Source of the DNA: an uncultured Actinomycetes bacterium
GTDB lineage: Bacteria; Actinomycetota; Thermoleophilia; RBG-16-64-13
Direction: 5' to 3'
Length of the DNA stretch: 64,000 nt
Assembly (NCBI GenBank): GCA_963706025.1
Contig: CAVPLM010000003.1
Span: forward strand, 817,970-881,969
The notes under the pieces are model-generated. The model worked only from the letters and a program-made list of their open reading frames with translations, was not told where the DNA came from and did no database searches. Positions 1 through 10,107 of the stretch are shown here, one piece after another; the stretch's first letter is position 1, and the number at the start of each line of letters is the position of its first letter. Made by a program: the position numbers and the translations under genes.

Positions 1-1195
1 GAGGGCCACCCGCAAAGGCTCCAGGTTACCCTGCCCGAAGAAGACCGGGGCCACCACCAGCACGTCCGTCTCCGCGACCAGGGACTCCATCTCGGCCACC
101 GCCTCGGCCGGGAAGGGCTGGAACGGGGGCGCCGACACCACCTCCAGCTCGTAGCGCTGGGCCGTGGCGTAGTCGGTGTCGAAGACGCTCACGATGCCGA
201 TCGTGGGCGCGTATCCGCGCAGGACGAGCTCTTCCATCAGTTCCGAGGCCGCGCCTCCGCCTGCGATCACGTGCACCTTCGTGCCCTCGCCTTCGAGCCC
301 GGCCTCGTGGGATCTGGACCATAGCGGGGTGAGATAGGGTCGCTGTCCCTGCCTGTGGACGGTCACCCGGACTTTGAACACTTCCAGGATCAATGTCGGG
401 TCAAGGATGTCCGTTGCTGTCCCCCGGGCCGCTACCCGGCCTCTGTCGAGCAAGATCAGTTCCTCACAGTACTGGGCGGCGATGTTGAGGTCGTGCAGCA
501 CCACGGCGATGGTCCGGCCGGCGGCATGGAGGGAACCGAGGAGCTGCATGATCTCGAGCTGGTGGTTGAGGTCGAGGTTGTTGAGCGGCTCATCGAGGAG
601 CAGGACCGGTGTCTCCTGCGCCAGTGTCTGGGCGATGAGGGCCCGCTGGCGCTCGCCCCCGGAAAGCTCGGTGACCGACCGCCCGGCAAGGGCGATCATA
701 CCGGTGGCTTCGAGCGCGGCGGCGACGGCTGCGCCGTCGGCCGCCGCGCCTGCGGTCGCGCGGCCTCGACCACCGTGGGCGTAGCGGCCCATGGCCACCA
801 TCTCCTCAACAGTAAAGTTAAAGTCGAGGTTGAACTGCTGGGGCACCACTCCTACCATGCGCGCGAGCTGCGCCGCCTGATACTGGTGGACCGGCCGGCC
901 TTCGAAAAGGACCTCACCGGCCGAAGGACGTACGCCCCCCGTGAGCGCGCGGAGCAGGGTGGTCTTGCCCGAGCCGTTCGGGCCGAGGATGCCCAGCGAA
1001 GGAGCCGCGCGCGACCTGGAGGTCGAGAGGACCGAGTACCGGCTGCCCTCCTAGAGTCACCTCGAGCCCGCGGATGTCGTAGACCGGTGCGGTGCCGGCG
1101 GCTACAGGGCTGACGGTGCTGGGGGTGTCGGCGGGGCGGGTGCGGGCGCTCTCCTCCCGCTCAGGGGGCTGATCCATCGTCATGTCCCGCGTCAT
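1..1195 (-). CDS. btuD: Cobalamin/Fe-siderophore ABC transporter ATPase (BtuD/FecE-like); frameshift near 997, runs off the left edge
   Basis: The N-terminus is in ORF 914..1195 (YDIRGLEVTLGGQPVL). Removing one base near 997 restores GILGPNGSGKTT (Walker A), followed by LSGGERQR and LLLDEP in the frame that runs to position 1. Confidence 0.85.
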
Positions 1196-1196
1196 G

Positions 1197-2237
1197 TCAC
1201 GCCCCCTTCCGTACGCGCAGCAGATACAGGAAGAAGGGTCCGCCGACGGCTGCTGTGATGACCCCCACCGGGATCTCAGCCGGCGCGAGGGCGGTGCGGG
1301 CCACGGTGTCGGCGACGAGCAGCAGTAGAGCCCCGAAGAGAGCCGAGGCCGGAAGGAGGCGGCGGTGGTCCGGTCCTACCAAGAGCCGCATGATGTGCGG
1401 GACCATGAGTCCCACGAAGCCGATGAGGCCGGAGAACGCCACGGCGGCGGCGGTGGTGAGCGCGGCGACGATCATGAGGTTCCGTCGAGTGCGTTGGCTG
1501 TCCACTCCCAGCTCCTGGGCCCGTTCTTCGCCCATGAGGAGAAGGTTCATCCTCCGCGACATGAGCATCATGAAGACGAAGCCGGCCCCCACGACCGGCA
1601 GGGTGATGTAGACCTTGGTCCAGGTGGCGGTGGTGAGGCCGCCCATCAGCCAGACGACCACCGTGTGCAGGTCGCTCTCGGTGGCGACCATGAGGAACGA
1701 CATCATCGCCGTGAGCGTGGAGCCGACGGCCACCCCGGACAGCAGCAGTGAGGCGATCCCGGTACGCCCACCGAAGGTAGCGACTCGGTAGACGAGGAAG
1801 GCTGCCAGGGTTGCTCCGACGAAGGCGAGAAGGGGCACCGTATAGATCCCGAGGGAGGTGAGAGGCTTCGAGACGATGGCGATAGTCGCCCCCAGGCCGG
1901 CTCCCGCGGACACGCCCAGCAGGTAGGGCTCGGCCAAAGGATTGCGGAATATGCCTTGGAAGGAGGCGCCTGCGGTCGACAGCGCGGCGCCCGTGATAAG
2001 GGCCAGCATGATACGAGGCAAGCGCAGATCGAGGAGGAGGCGCGGCGCCCACTCGGGGAAATCACCCACGGCGTCGGTCCCATGACGGACGATACCGCCA
2101 AGGGCTCTGAGGGCCTCAGCGACGGAGAGACCCGCCGCGCCGATCACTCCGGCCGCGAGCACGCCTGCCACCAGGGCGGCCACCAGTACCGCCATGACCA
2201 AGCGGTAGTTCCTGCGGCGATCGCTACTCGCAGCCAT
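1197..2237 (-). CDS. btuC: FecCD/BtuC-family ABC permease
   Basis: Motifs RLPR, FQGIFRNPLAEPYLLGVSAGA, GLIGFVGLMVPH and EIPVGVITA. Confidence 0.92.
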   Translation of the reverse strand: MAASSDRRRNYRLVMAVLVAALVAGVLAAGVIGAAGLSVAEALRALGGIVRHGTDAVGDFPEWAPRLLLDLRLPRIMLALITGAALSTAGASFQGIFRNPLAEPYLLGVSAGAGLGATIAIVSKPLTSLGIYTVPLLAFVGATLAAFLVYRVATFGGRTGIASLLLSGVAVGSTLTAMMSFLMVATESDLHTVVVWLMGGLTTATWTKVYITLPVVGAGFVFMMLMSRRMNLLLMGEERAQELGVDSQRTRRNLMIVAALTTAAAVAFSGLIGFVGLMVPHIMRLLVGPDHRRLLPASALFGALLLLVADTVARTALAPAEIPVGVITAAVGGPFFLYLLRVRKGA

Positions 2238-2269
2238 AGTCGCGACTCCTGTCTCGACCGTCTCGACCG

Positions 2270-2336
2270 GGGCGCGGGCCCTTCGCGGCCCGCGCCCACC
2301 CGGCGCCGGCTCCCCGAGCGCGGGGAGCCGGCGCCG
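2270..2336. repeat. Two adjacent GC-rich hairpins between btuF and btuC (mRNA-stabilising or attenuating)
   Basis: gggcgcgggcc-N6-ggcccgcgccc (2270-2297) and cggcgccggctcccc-N6-ggggagccggcgccg (2301-2336). Confidence 0.7.
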
Positions 2337-2358
2337 AGACCGGTCGTGATCCCAGGGG

Positions 2359-3417
2359 CTAGAAGACCCCGGGATGAATGGCTTCCGCCAATACCTTGAG
2401 GCCTTCCCCGACGCGCGGTCCCGGCCGCGTGATCAGCACGTCATCGACCACGAGGACGCGCCCTTCCTTGACCGCGGTGAGTCCGGCGAAACGTGGGTCG
2501 GCCGTGAACTCATCCGCCGTGGCATAGATGCTCCCGGGGAGGAGGATCACGTCCGGATCGGCCGCCACCAGCTGCTCGGGGGCGAACTGGTAGTAGGCCT
2601 GCGCGGCAGCGCTGTCGGCGCCGGGCATCGAAGCCACGTTGGTGGCGTTCACCAGGGTCAGCAACTCGTCCACGAAAGAACCGGGACCTGCGGTCCACAA
2701 GGTGTTGTCTAGGGCGTAGAAGACCGCGGGCGATTCTCCTGTCGCCGCCGCGGCTTCGGTGACCTCTTTGATCTGTGCTTTCATCGACTCCACCAGTTCC
2801 GCGGCTCTCCCTGTAGCCCCGGTGGCTGCGCCCACCATGGCGATATTGGCGTAGATCTGTTCCAGCGTCATGGGGTTGAGTATGAGCACAGGCGCCCCGG
2901 CAGCTTGGACCGGCGCGAGGGCTTCCTCATTGCCGGAGTAGCCCACTACCAGGTCGGGGCTGAGGGCCATCACCGCCTCGGTGTTGGCCTGGAAGTCACC
3001 GATCTTGGCGATAGCGGCCGCTTCGGGCGGGTAGTCGTCCAGCGAGCTGACGCCGACCACCCGGTCTCCCACCCCGAGGGCGAACAATATCTCGGTGTTC
3101 GCGGGAGCGGTGGACACGATGCGCATGGGCTTCGCCTCGATGGTCGCACCGGTTCCATTGTCGTCGGTCAGCGCCACCGGGAAGGTTCCCTCAGCCGGTT
3201 CGGCCGCGGTCGACGCGGCCGCGGTTGTCGCGGTCTGGTCGGCCGCTTCGGTGTCGTCTGACCCACAGCCGGAGATCAGCAGCGAGCCCGCGACCAGCAT
3301 GAGGGCGGCGCACGTCAAGGCGGCCAGATAGAAGAGGATCACTGACGATGAGCGCTGCCAGGATGGCAGCAGGTGGGGCCCCGCCGATGCGCGGCGCGGC
3401 GTCCGGTGTCCGTTCAT
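2359..3417 (-). CDS. btuF: Cobalamin-binding ABC substrate-binding lipoprotein (BtuF-like)
   Basis: Lipobox ISGC; motifs RIVSTAPANTEILFALG and ITRPGPRV; lies downstream of a cobalamin riboswitch. Confidence 0.9.
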   Translation of the reverse strand: MNGHRTPRRASAGPHLLPSWQRSSSVILFYLAALTCAALMLVAGSLLISGCGSDDTEAADQTATTAAASTAAEPAEGTFPVALTDDNGTGATIEAKPMRIVSTAPANTEILFALGVGDRVVGVSSLDDYPPEAAAIAKIGDFQANTEAVMALSPDLVVGYSGNEEALAPVQAAGAPVLILNPMTLEQIYANIAMVGAATGATGRAAELVESMKAQIKEVTEAAAATGESPAVFYALDNTLWTAGPGSFVDELLTLVNATNVASMPGADSAAAQAYYQFAPEQLVAADPDVILLPGSIYATADEFTADPRFAGLTAVKEGRVLVVDDVLITRPGPRVGEGLKVLAEAIHPGVF

Positions 3418-3581
3418 GCGGACTCCTTTCGGTTCAACCTATATGGTCACTGGTCCGCAAGATGGTGGAGAGCAGGTTGGCTACTCCCCGGCCGGACCAT
3501 GACGTGGTCGAACCGAGTCGGCGCCCCGCGACATCAGGGCGGAGTGCGCTCTCTCCGCGGAAAGCGTCTGCTCCTCCTCTA

Positions 3582-3765
3582 CAGCAGGTATCTGACTCCC
3601 GAAGTCCGCCGCCCGAAGGCGCGACCAGGCGACCGTCGGTCGGTCGCGTCGCTCGCTCGAGCGGAGCCTCGGTTACAGTGGCGGGACCGTGCCGGCATCT
3701 CACCGGCTTCCCTTTCGGCCTCGGGATGACCCGGGGCCTGACTGCGGAGGCACCATGCTTGCTGG
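3582..3765 (-). promoter_or_regulatory. Cobalamin riboswitch
   Basis: The minus strand reads ...GGTGCC...AAAGGGAAGCCGGTGAGATGCCGGCACGGTCCCGCCACTGTAA...GAGTCAGATACCTGC. P1 is cagca/tgctg. A -10-like TAGAGT lies just upstream, and the element precedes btuFCD. Confidence 0.92.
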
Positions 3766-3920
3766 AGAGACTCTATCACCCGACGGCCCGAGGGGTCTAC
3801 CGCGCCGGCCGGTGGGCTCCGCGGGCGGGTCCCCGGTGCGGGGTGCCGGCGGGCGCGTATCGGCCGCCGGATCTGGGCCGGCGGCTGTCGGCAACAGGCT
3901 CGTTTTGGTACGCTGGTCGG

Positions 3921-4283
3921 GTGAAGAGCTCCGTCAGCATAGTCCTCTTTTTTCTGCTCAGCGGCTTCTTCCTGAGCGCCCTGCTGGGTGCGGTCGAGCA
4001 CAGCCGCAAGCTGCTGGCCGTGGCGGGGGGCTGTCTCGTGGCGGTGGTCTGCGTGATCGTCTTCCTTACCCCGGTACAACTACCGCCGTCCCTGCGCCTC
4101 AGATTCGGCGACGAGGAATCCGGTCCGACGTCCGTTTCGGGGACCACGGTTGCTACCGTCTCCCCGGTCACGACCTCAGTCACAGCCACCGTCCTCTCTC
4201 CGGACAGCATCTTCCCGGCCACTTCCACTTCCATCTCTCCGGTCACTTCAGTGTTCACGACGGAGACGTTTGATGTCCAATAA
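3921..4283 (+). CDS. Small hypothetical membrane protein (2 TM + Thr/Ser-rich tail), overlapping the purM start
   Basis: GTG at 3921 lies 6 nt after the -10-like TACGCT (leaderless-type start). Two hydrophobic segments; the stop overlaps the 5' end of purM. Confidence 0.55.
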   Translation: MKSSVSIVLFFLLSGFFLSALLGAVEHSRKLLAVAGGCLVAVVCVIVFLTPVQLPPSLRLRFGDEESGPTSVSGTTVATVSPVTTSVTATVLSPDSIFPATSTSISPVTSVFTTETFDVQ

Positions 4284-5325
4284 CCCTGAGGACGATCTCA
4301 GCTACCGCTCCGCGGGTGTGGACATCGAGGCCGGGGAGGAGGCGGTCCGGCGCATCAAGAAGGACGCCGAGAGCACCTACATCCCGGGAGTGCTGGGGTC
4401 GCTGGGGAGTTTCGCCGGCCTTTTCGAGTTGCCCAAGGACCTGGTGGATCCCGTGCTCGTCACCGCCACGGACGGTGTGGGCACCAAGGTGCTTCTGGCC
4501 CAAGAGACCGGCAGGCTCGACACCGTCGGCGTCGACCTGGTGGCCATGTCGGTCAACGACGTGCTCACCATCGGGGCTCGCCCCATCTTGTTCCTCGACT
4601 ACGTGGCCATAGGCCGGTTGGTGCCGGCGGAGATGGCCCAGATCGTCGCCGGCGTGGCCGAGGGCTGCCGCCAGGCCGGATGCGCCTTGGTGGGAGGAGA
4701 GATGGCCGAGATGCCCGGCCTCTACGACCCGGGCGAGTTCGACCTGGCCGGCTTCTGTGTGGGCCTTGGCGAGCGGGAGAAGCTGATCGACGGGTCGAGC
4801 GTGAAAGAAGGCGACGTGGTCCTAGGGCTTGCTTCCAGCGGTTTCCACTCCAACGGCTACTCCCTGATCCGCAAAGTCCTCGAAATGAACGGCCGCGGGT
4901 TGGGCGATAGGTTCCCGGGTTTCGACGAGACCATCGCCGACTCCCTGCTCAAGCCCACCCGCATCTACGTGCGGAGCGTGCTCGGACTGCTCGAGCGGGG
5001 GGTAGCGGTTGCGGCCATGGCCCATATAACCGGAGGGGGCATTATCGGCAACTTGTCCCGCGTGATCCCCGACGGGCTGTCGGCTCGATTGGACTTCACC
5101 GAGTGGAAGATACCGTCTATGTTCCGGGCCCTGCAGCGTCTGGGCGGCATTTCGGACCAAGAGATGTTCGGCACCTTCAACATGGGCATAGGGTACGTGC
5201 TTGTGGTGCCGGCGCCGATGGCGGAGCGCGCCGCCGGTCTATTGAGGGAGGCCGGGGAAGAGGCCGTCATCCTGGGCGGGATCGTTCGCGGGACGGAGAG
5301 GGTCGTATTGGACGGGCTGCCGTGA
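4273..5325 (+). CDS. purM: Phosphoribosylformylglycinamidine cyclo-ligase (AIR synthetase)
   Basis: Motifs SYRSAGVDIEAG, TDGVGTK, GGEMAEMPG, SSGFHSNGYSL and AHITGGG. Confidence 0.97.
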   Translation: MSNNPEDDLSYRSAGVDIEAGEEAVRRIKKDAESTYIPGVLGSLGSFAGLFELPKDLVDPVLVTATDGVGTKVLLAQETGRLDTVGVDLVAMSVNDVLTIGARPILFLDYVAIGRLVPAEMAQIVAGVAEGCRQAGCALVGGEMAEMPGLYDPGEFDLAGFCVGLGEREKLIDGSSVKEGDVVLGLASSGFHSNGYSLIRKVLEMNGRGLGDRFPGFDETIADSLLKPTRIYVRSVLGLLERGVAVAAMAHITGGGIIGNLSRVIPDGLSARLDFTEWKIPSMFRALQRLGGISDQEMFGTFNMGIGYVLVVPAPMAERAAGLLREAGEEAVILGGIVRGTERVVLDGLP

Positions 5326-6188
5326 GCGTGGTGGGCGCGGAGCTCCCCGCGGGCGGCGGTCCCTCGGGCGGCGATGCCGGCCGAGCCGGGGATCCGCCGG
5401 TCTTCCGTTTGGCCGTCCTGGCTTCGGGGAGCGGCTCCAACCTGCAGGCCATCATCGATCAGCTGCACCGCCGCCCGGCGGCGGGCGCGCCCGCGGGGGC
5501 GCCGCCGGCCTCGACGGAAGCCGTCGCGACGTCCGCAGCGACGCCGGCTGCCGCGGCGCCGCCGGCCATCGAGGTCGCGTTGGTGATCAGCGACGTGCCC
5601 GGGGCGCGCGCCCTGGAACGGGCGCGCGCCGCCGGCATCCCCACAGTCGTCTTCCCGGCCGATCGCTATGCCACCCGCGAGGAGCACGACCTGGCCATGG
5701 CCGGCGCCATCCGCGACGCCCAGGCCGACCTGGTCGTCCTCGCCGGTTACATGCGCCTGGTTGCGCCCGCGTTCGTGCGGGCGTTCCCGTGGCGGGTCAT
5801 CAACCTGCATCCGGCCCTGCTGCCGGCCTTTCCCGGGACCACCTCCATCGGCGACGCCGTGCGCTACGGCGTTAAGACGACCGGGGTCACCGTGCACTTC
5901 GTGGACGAGGGGCTGGACACCGGTCCCGTCATTGCCCAGGAACCGGTGCGGGTGGAGGACGGCGATACGGCGGAGAGTCTGGCGACCCGCATCCATGCCG
6001 TGGAGCATCAGCTGCTGCCGGCCACGATCCGGCTCATCGCGGCGGCCAGGGTCAAGCCGCCTCTTCCGGGATCGCGGGTCGTCCAGGTAGACTTGGGCGA
6101 CGTAGTGACGGCAGACGGCGGGACGGCGCCGAGCTGGGCGGCCGCGTCGAGCGACGGCATGACGCGAAGCGGCGACGCAGGGCCGTAA
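5322..6188 (+). CDS. purN: Phosphoribosylglycinamide formyltransferase with an Ala/Pro-rich insertion
   Basis: Motifs LAVLASGSGSNLQAIID, LAGYMR, INLHPALLP and GVTVHFVDEGLDTGPVIAQ; the GTG overlaps the purM stop. Confidence 0.95.
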   Translation: MSVVGAELPAGGGPSGGDAGRAGDPPVFRLAVLASGSGSNLQAIIDQLHRRPAAGAPAGAPPASTEAVATSAATPAAAAPPAIEVALVISDVPGARALERARAAGIPTVVFPADRYATREEHDLAMAGAIRDAQADLVVLAGYMRLVAPAFVRAFPWRVINLHPALLPAFPGTTSIGDAVRYGVKTTGVTVHFVDEGLDTGPVIAQEPVRVEDGDTAESLATRIHAVEHQLLPATIRLIAAARVKPPLPGSRVVQVDLGDVVTADGGTAPSWAAASSDGMTRSGDAGP

Positions 6189-6294
6189 GCGACCAAGTGG
6201 CGTCGAGCGACGTGATAGCGTGACCGAGGGAGACGCGAGCAGATGGGACCAACGCCCGGCCACACGGGACCGGGGAGCCGACGAGGAGGAGAGA

Positions 6295-7833
6295 GTGAAG
6301 GTCAAGCGAGCGCTGGTGTCGGTATCGGACAAGCAGGATCTCGAGCCCTTCGTCAGAGGGCTGGTGGATTTGGGTATCGAGATCATCTCCACAGGGGGGA
6401 CCGCGCGTCACCTACGGGAGGCGGGGCTGCCCATCACCGGCATCTCAGAGGTCACCGGTTTCCCCGAGATCATGGACGGAAGGGTCAAGACGCTGCATCC
6501 GGCCATCCACGGCGGCATCCTGGCCGACCGCGACCGGCCCAGTCACCTGAAGGCCATCGCCGAGCTCGGCATCAAACCCATCGATCTGGTGGTCGTGAAT
6601 CTCTATCCCTTCGAGGCGACCGTCGCCCAGCGGGGGGTCAGCGAAGCCGACGCGGTGGAGAACATCGACATCGGCGGACCCTGCATGGTGCGCGCCGCGG
6701 CCAAGAACTTCGAGGGGGTGGGCATCGTCACCGATCCCGCCGACTACGATGCGGTACTGACGGAGCTGAATGAGAACGAAGGGGAGCTGTCGCGGGAGAC
6801 ACGGCGCCATCTGGCCACGAAGGCCTTCCATCACACGGCTCACTACGACTCGGCCATCGCCACCTGGTTCGGGGAACAGGAACAAGATTTTCCCACGTAC
6901 CTGATGCTCGACATGGTCAAGATCAAGGACCTTCGCTACGGGGAGAACCCGCACCAGCGGGCCGCCTGGTATTCCGAGGTGCGCCTTGCCGGGGAATTGG
7001 CGGCCGCTCTCGAGCAGCACCACGGGCAGCAACTATCGTTCAACAACCTGCTGGACCTGGATTCCTGCCGCCGGGTCCTCGATGAGTTCGCCCTCCCCTG
7101 CTGTGTGATCGTCAAGCACAACAACCCCTGTGGGGTGGCGGTGGCGGAGACGGTGGCTGCCGCCTACGAGAAGGCCGTCTCCTGCGACCCGGTCTCGGCC
7201 TTCGGCGGCGTGATCGCGGTCAACCGGGTGGTCGACGACGCTCTGGCTCGGCTCCTCTCCACCAACTTCGTGGAGGTGCTGTGGGCTCCCGGCTATGCGG
7301 ACGAGGCGATGGAGATCCTGACCCTCAAGAAGGACATCCGCATCCTCACCGGCCAGCAGAATCGCGACACCTGCGACGGCTTCGACATGAAGCGCATCGT
7401 CGGGGGCATGCTGGTACAGGATTGGGACTGTGAGGTCGACCAGCGGGAGAACATGGAGGTGATCAGCGATCGTGTCCCCACCGAGGCGGAGTGGGGCGAC
7501 CTGTTGTTCGCCTGGCGGGTTGCGAAGCACACGAAGTCGAACGCCATCATCCTGGTGAAGGACCTCATGACCGTGGGTGTGGGCGCGGGGCAGATGAGCC
7601 GGGTGGATTCGGCCAACCTGGCGGTGTCGCGGGCCCGGTTCCCGTTGGCGGGCTGCGCGGTGGCTTCCGACGCCTTCTTCCCGTTCCCGGACGCCCTCGA
7701 GGTGGCGGCCAACGCCGGCGCCACCTGCGTCATCCATCCGGGTGGCTCGAAGCGGGACGACGAGTCTCTGGCCCTGGCGAACGCTCGCGGGATGGCCATG
7801 GTGGTGACGGGGCGGAGGCACTTCAGACACTAA
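6295..7833 (+). CDS. purH: Bifunctional AICAR transformylase/IMP cyclohydrolase
   Basis: Motifs RALVSVSDK, GRVKTLHP, LRYGENPHQ, GAGQMSRVDS and RHFRH; RBS GAGGAG precedes GTG 6295. Confidence 0.97.
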   Translation: MKVKRALVSVSDKQDLEPFVRGLVDLGIEIISTGGTARHLREAGLPITGISEVTGFPEIMDGRVKTLHPAIHGGILADRDRPSHLKAIAELGIKPIDLVVVNLYPFEATVAQRGVSEADAVENIDIGGPCMVRAAAKNFEGVGIVTDPADYDAVLTELNENEGELSRETRRHLATKAFHHTAHYDSAIATWFGEQEQDFPTYLMLDMVKIKDLRYGENPHQRAAWYSEVRLAGELAAALEQHHGQQLSFNNLLDLDSCRRVLDEFALPCCVIVKHNNPCGVAVAETVAAAYEKAVSCDPVSAFGGVIAVNRVVDDALARLLSTNFVEVLWAPGYADEAMEILTLKKDIRILTGQQNRDTCDGFDMKRIVGGMLVQDWDCEVDQRENMEVISDRVPTEAEWGDLLFAWRVAKHTKSNAIILVKDLMTVGVGAGQMSRVDSANLAVSRARFPLAGCAVASDAFFPFPDALEVAANAGATCVIHPGGSKRDDESLALANARGMAMVVTGRRHFRH

Positions 7834-7840
7834 GCCAGGG

Positions 7841-8270
7841 CCAAGGGGTCAGACGGGTCCCCTTCCAGCTGCGCGCAAAAGCCTGTGCGACTCTTCCAGG
7901 GAACCCATCCGACCCCTCGGACCCAGCCACAGATGGCCCAAGCGCCGTCCGCCACGCTCTTGTTAGTTAAGGGTCGGGCTTCGTCGGCTGCGCGGGCGGC
8001 GACGGGGTCAGACGAGTCCCCCTCCAGCTGCGCGCAAAAGCCTGCGCGACTCTTCCAGGGAACCCGCCTGACCCCTTGGGACCGGCCACAGATGGCCCAA
8101 GCGCCGTCCGCTGGCGGCTGAGTATGGGCGGGGCTTCCTTCCAGCTGCGCGGGCGGCCAAGGGAGCATAAGGGCTTCCTTCCAGCTGCGCGGGCGGCCAA
8201 GGGGGCATAAGGGCTTCCTTCCAGCTGCGCGGGTGCGACTCTTCCAGGAAGCCCCTACGCCCCCTTAGGG
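7841..8270. repeat. REP/REPIN-like intergenic repeat cluster
   Basis: A 108-bp imperfect duplication (7845-7952 and 8004-8111) plus a 40-bp tandem unit gggcttccttccagctgcgcgggcggccaaggg(a/g)gcataa about 2.6 times (8131-8233), between convergent genes. Confidence 0.8.
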
Positions 8271-8328
8271 CCTGTGACAGAAGGGTCGATGGGCCGCCAC
8301 CCGCACGCTGAGCGCTGGTGCGACTCTT

Positions 8329-9982
8329 CTATAGGCTGATCATCCTCCCCGGCAGGTTGCCGTTCTGGACGCCTTGTTCGACGATGGGCGTTCCTGCGAC
8401 GAAGACCCACTCCACTCCCGTGGCCGGCGCGCTCAGGTTTTCGTATGTGGCCTGCGGAGAGAACTGCGCTTCGTCGAATACCACGACGTCGCCCTTCAGC
8501 CCCTCTCTGAGGATCCCCCGGTCGAACAGGTTCATGGTCGACGCAGGCAGGCTGGTCATGTGGCGGACCGCCTCTTCCAGCCCCACCCCCCGACGGCGGC
8601 TTTCGCGGAAGAACTTGGGCATGGTGTTGTAGCCGACGGGCCAAGGGGTCATATCCGCCAGCCCTGGAGCCGATTCGTTGGGGGAGACATCTGTGGAGGG
8701 CATGCCGGCATCGTGGAGGGTCGCCTCGCCTATGTAGTCATCGTTGCCGGCGAAGGACAGGCTCAGGATGGGACTCCGCCCGATCGGAATCAGCCCCGAT
8801 TGACCGCAAATGAGAGCATAGGTGAGCTCCTCGGGATCGACCTCGTTCTCCCTGGCCAGGTCGCTGATGGTCCGTCCCTCGAGCTCGGGTGTCCCCGTGC
8901 GGGCCAGCTTCGCGCGTGGGGAGCAGCTCGAGATACTCGGGCAGAATGTCGGCCACCTTGCCGATATGCCGCTTCATGAGCCTCGCCAAACCTCTACGGA
9001 ACTCGGGATCCATTACGTCTCGAGCAAAGCCTTCCGCGGTCCACGAACGGCCCCCGTACGTGTTCGCGACCCAGAGGAAGATCTGTTTCCATCCGTCCGC
9101 GTCGTAGACGAGGTGGGGATCTTGCATGACGTTGAAGGTGATGTCCAGACCCTCCTCGCGCGCCTGGCTTACAATTGACAGCATCTCCTCCGCTTCATGC
9201 CAGTAGCTCGGCAGAGCCTGGTAATGGGCGATACTCAGCCTCACCTTTGCATCTCGAGCGAGGCGTACCGAGTATCTGGCCGCGGCGCTGTTGGCACAGT
9301 AGGGCGCGTGGAACTGGTAAGCGCGGCCGTGCTCACCGCATATCTTGGCGAGGGCAAGCACCTCTTCGTAACTGGCATATATGTTGGGGTCATAGCTGAG
9401 CCCGGCGGTGGCTCCGACCGCCCCATCCTCCAACGCGCCCCGGAGAAGGGTCTTCATCTCTTCGAGTTGTGCCTCGCCGGCCGGCTGCGGACCCCGCGCC
9501 CCCACCTGCCAGCGAAGCGTGCCGTGGCCGATGTAGGGCGCGATATCGATCGCAGTACCCCCACGATTGACGGCAGCGGCGTACTCGCGCTGGGATTCCC
9601 AGCTTTCCTCCAACGGAAGCACGTTGCTCCAGAAGAGGCTCGTTCCGTAGGCACATATGGTGGTGATGTAGTCGAAGAAGGTGTGCGAATCTGGGCCGGC
9701 CGACATGCCGCATTGGCCGGACGTCGCGGTGGTCGTCCCCTGGGTGGCGAAGTTTCGCTCGTGCGGCCAGACGAGAGCTGTCATGTCGCAGTGGGTGTGT
9801 GGGTCCACGAAGCCAGGACTAACGACGAGCCCGGTGGCATCGATCACCCGGGCTGCATCCGCCTGGATGCGGGGTGCCACGGCAGCGATCTTGCCTGCGG
9901 CCAAGGCAAGGTCGCCCAAGAAGCAGGGATTGCCGGTGCCGTCGACGATTCTTCCGTTGCGGATGATCGTATCGAAGTCCAA
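8329..9982 (-). CDS. N-acyl-D-amino-acid deacylase-like amidohydrolase; frameshift near 8915
   Basis: N-terminal IIRNGRIVDGTG, PGFVDPHTH and SGQCG. The C-terminal AVRHMTSLPA..DRGILREGLKGDVVVFD lies in a second frame that continues into ORF 8329..8703. Confidence 0.8.
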
Positions 9983-10107
9983 ATCGCCCTCCAGTCTGGT
10001 CGTCTTCGAGTTGCGCGCGCGCCCGTGCTCAGCTACGCGCCCTGGCCGGGGCCATGCCGGGTCAGGCGCCGGGCCGGCAGCTTGCCGCTGCACGCGGCCG
10101 TCCCCAG

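Noticed and set aside
4965-6392. 475-aa minus-strand ORF
   Set aside because: Antisense shadow of purM/purN/purH in GC-rich DNA, with no recognisable motifs.
8131-8233. 40-bp tandem repeats as a CRISPR array
   Set aside because: The units are contiguous with no unique spacers, there are fewer than three full copies, and no cas genes are present.
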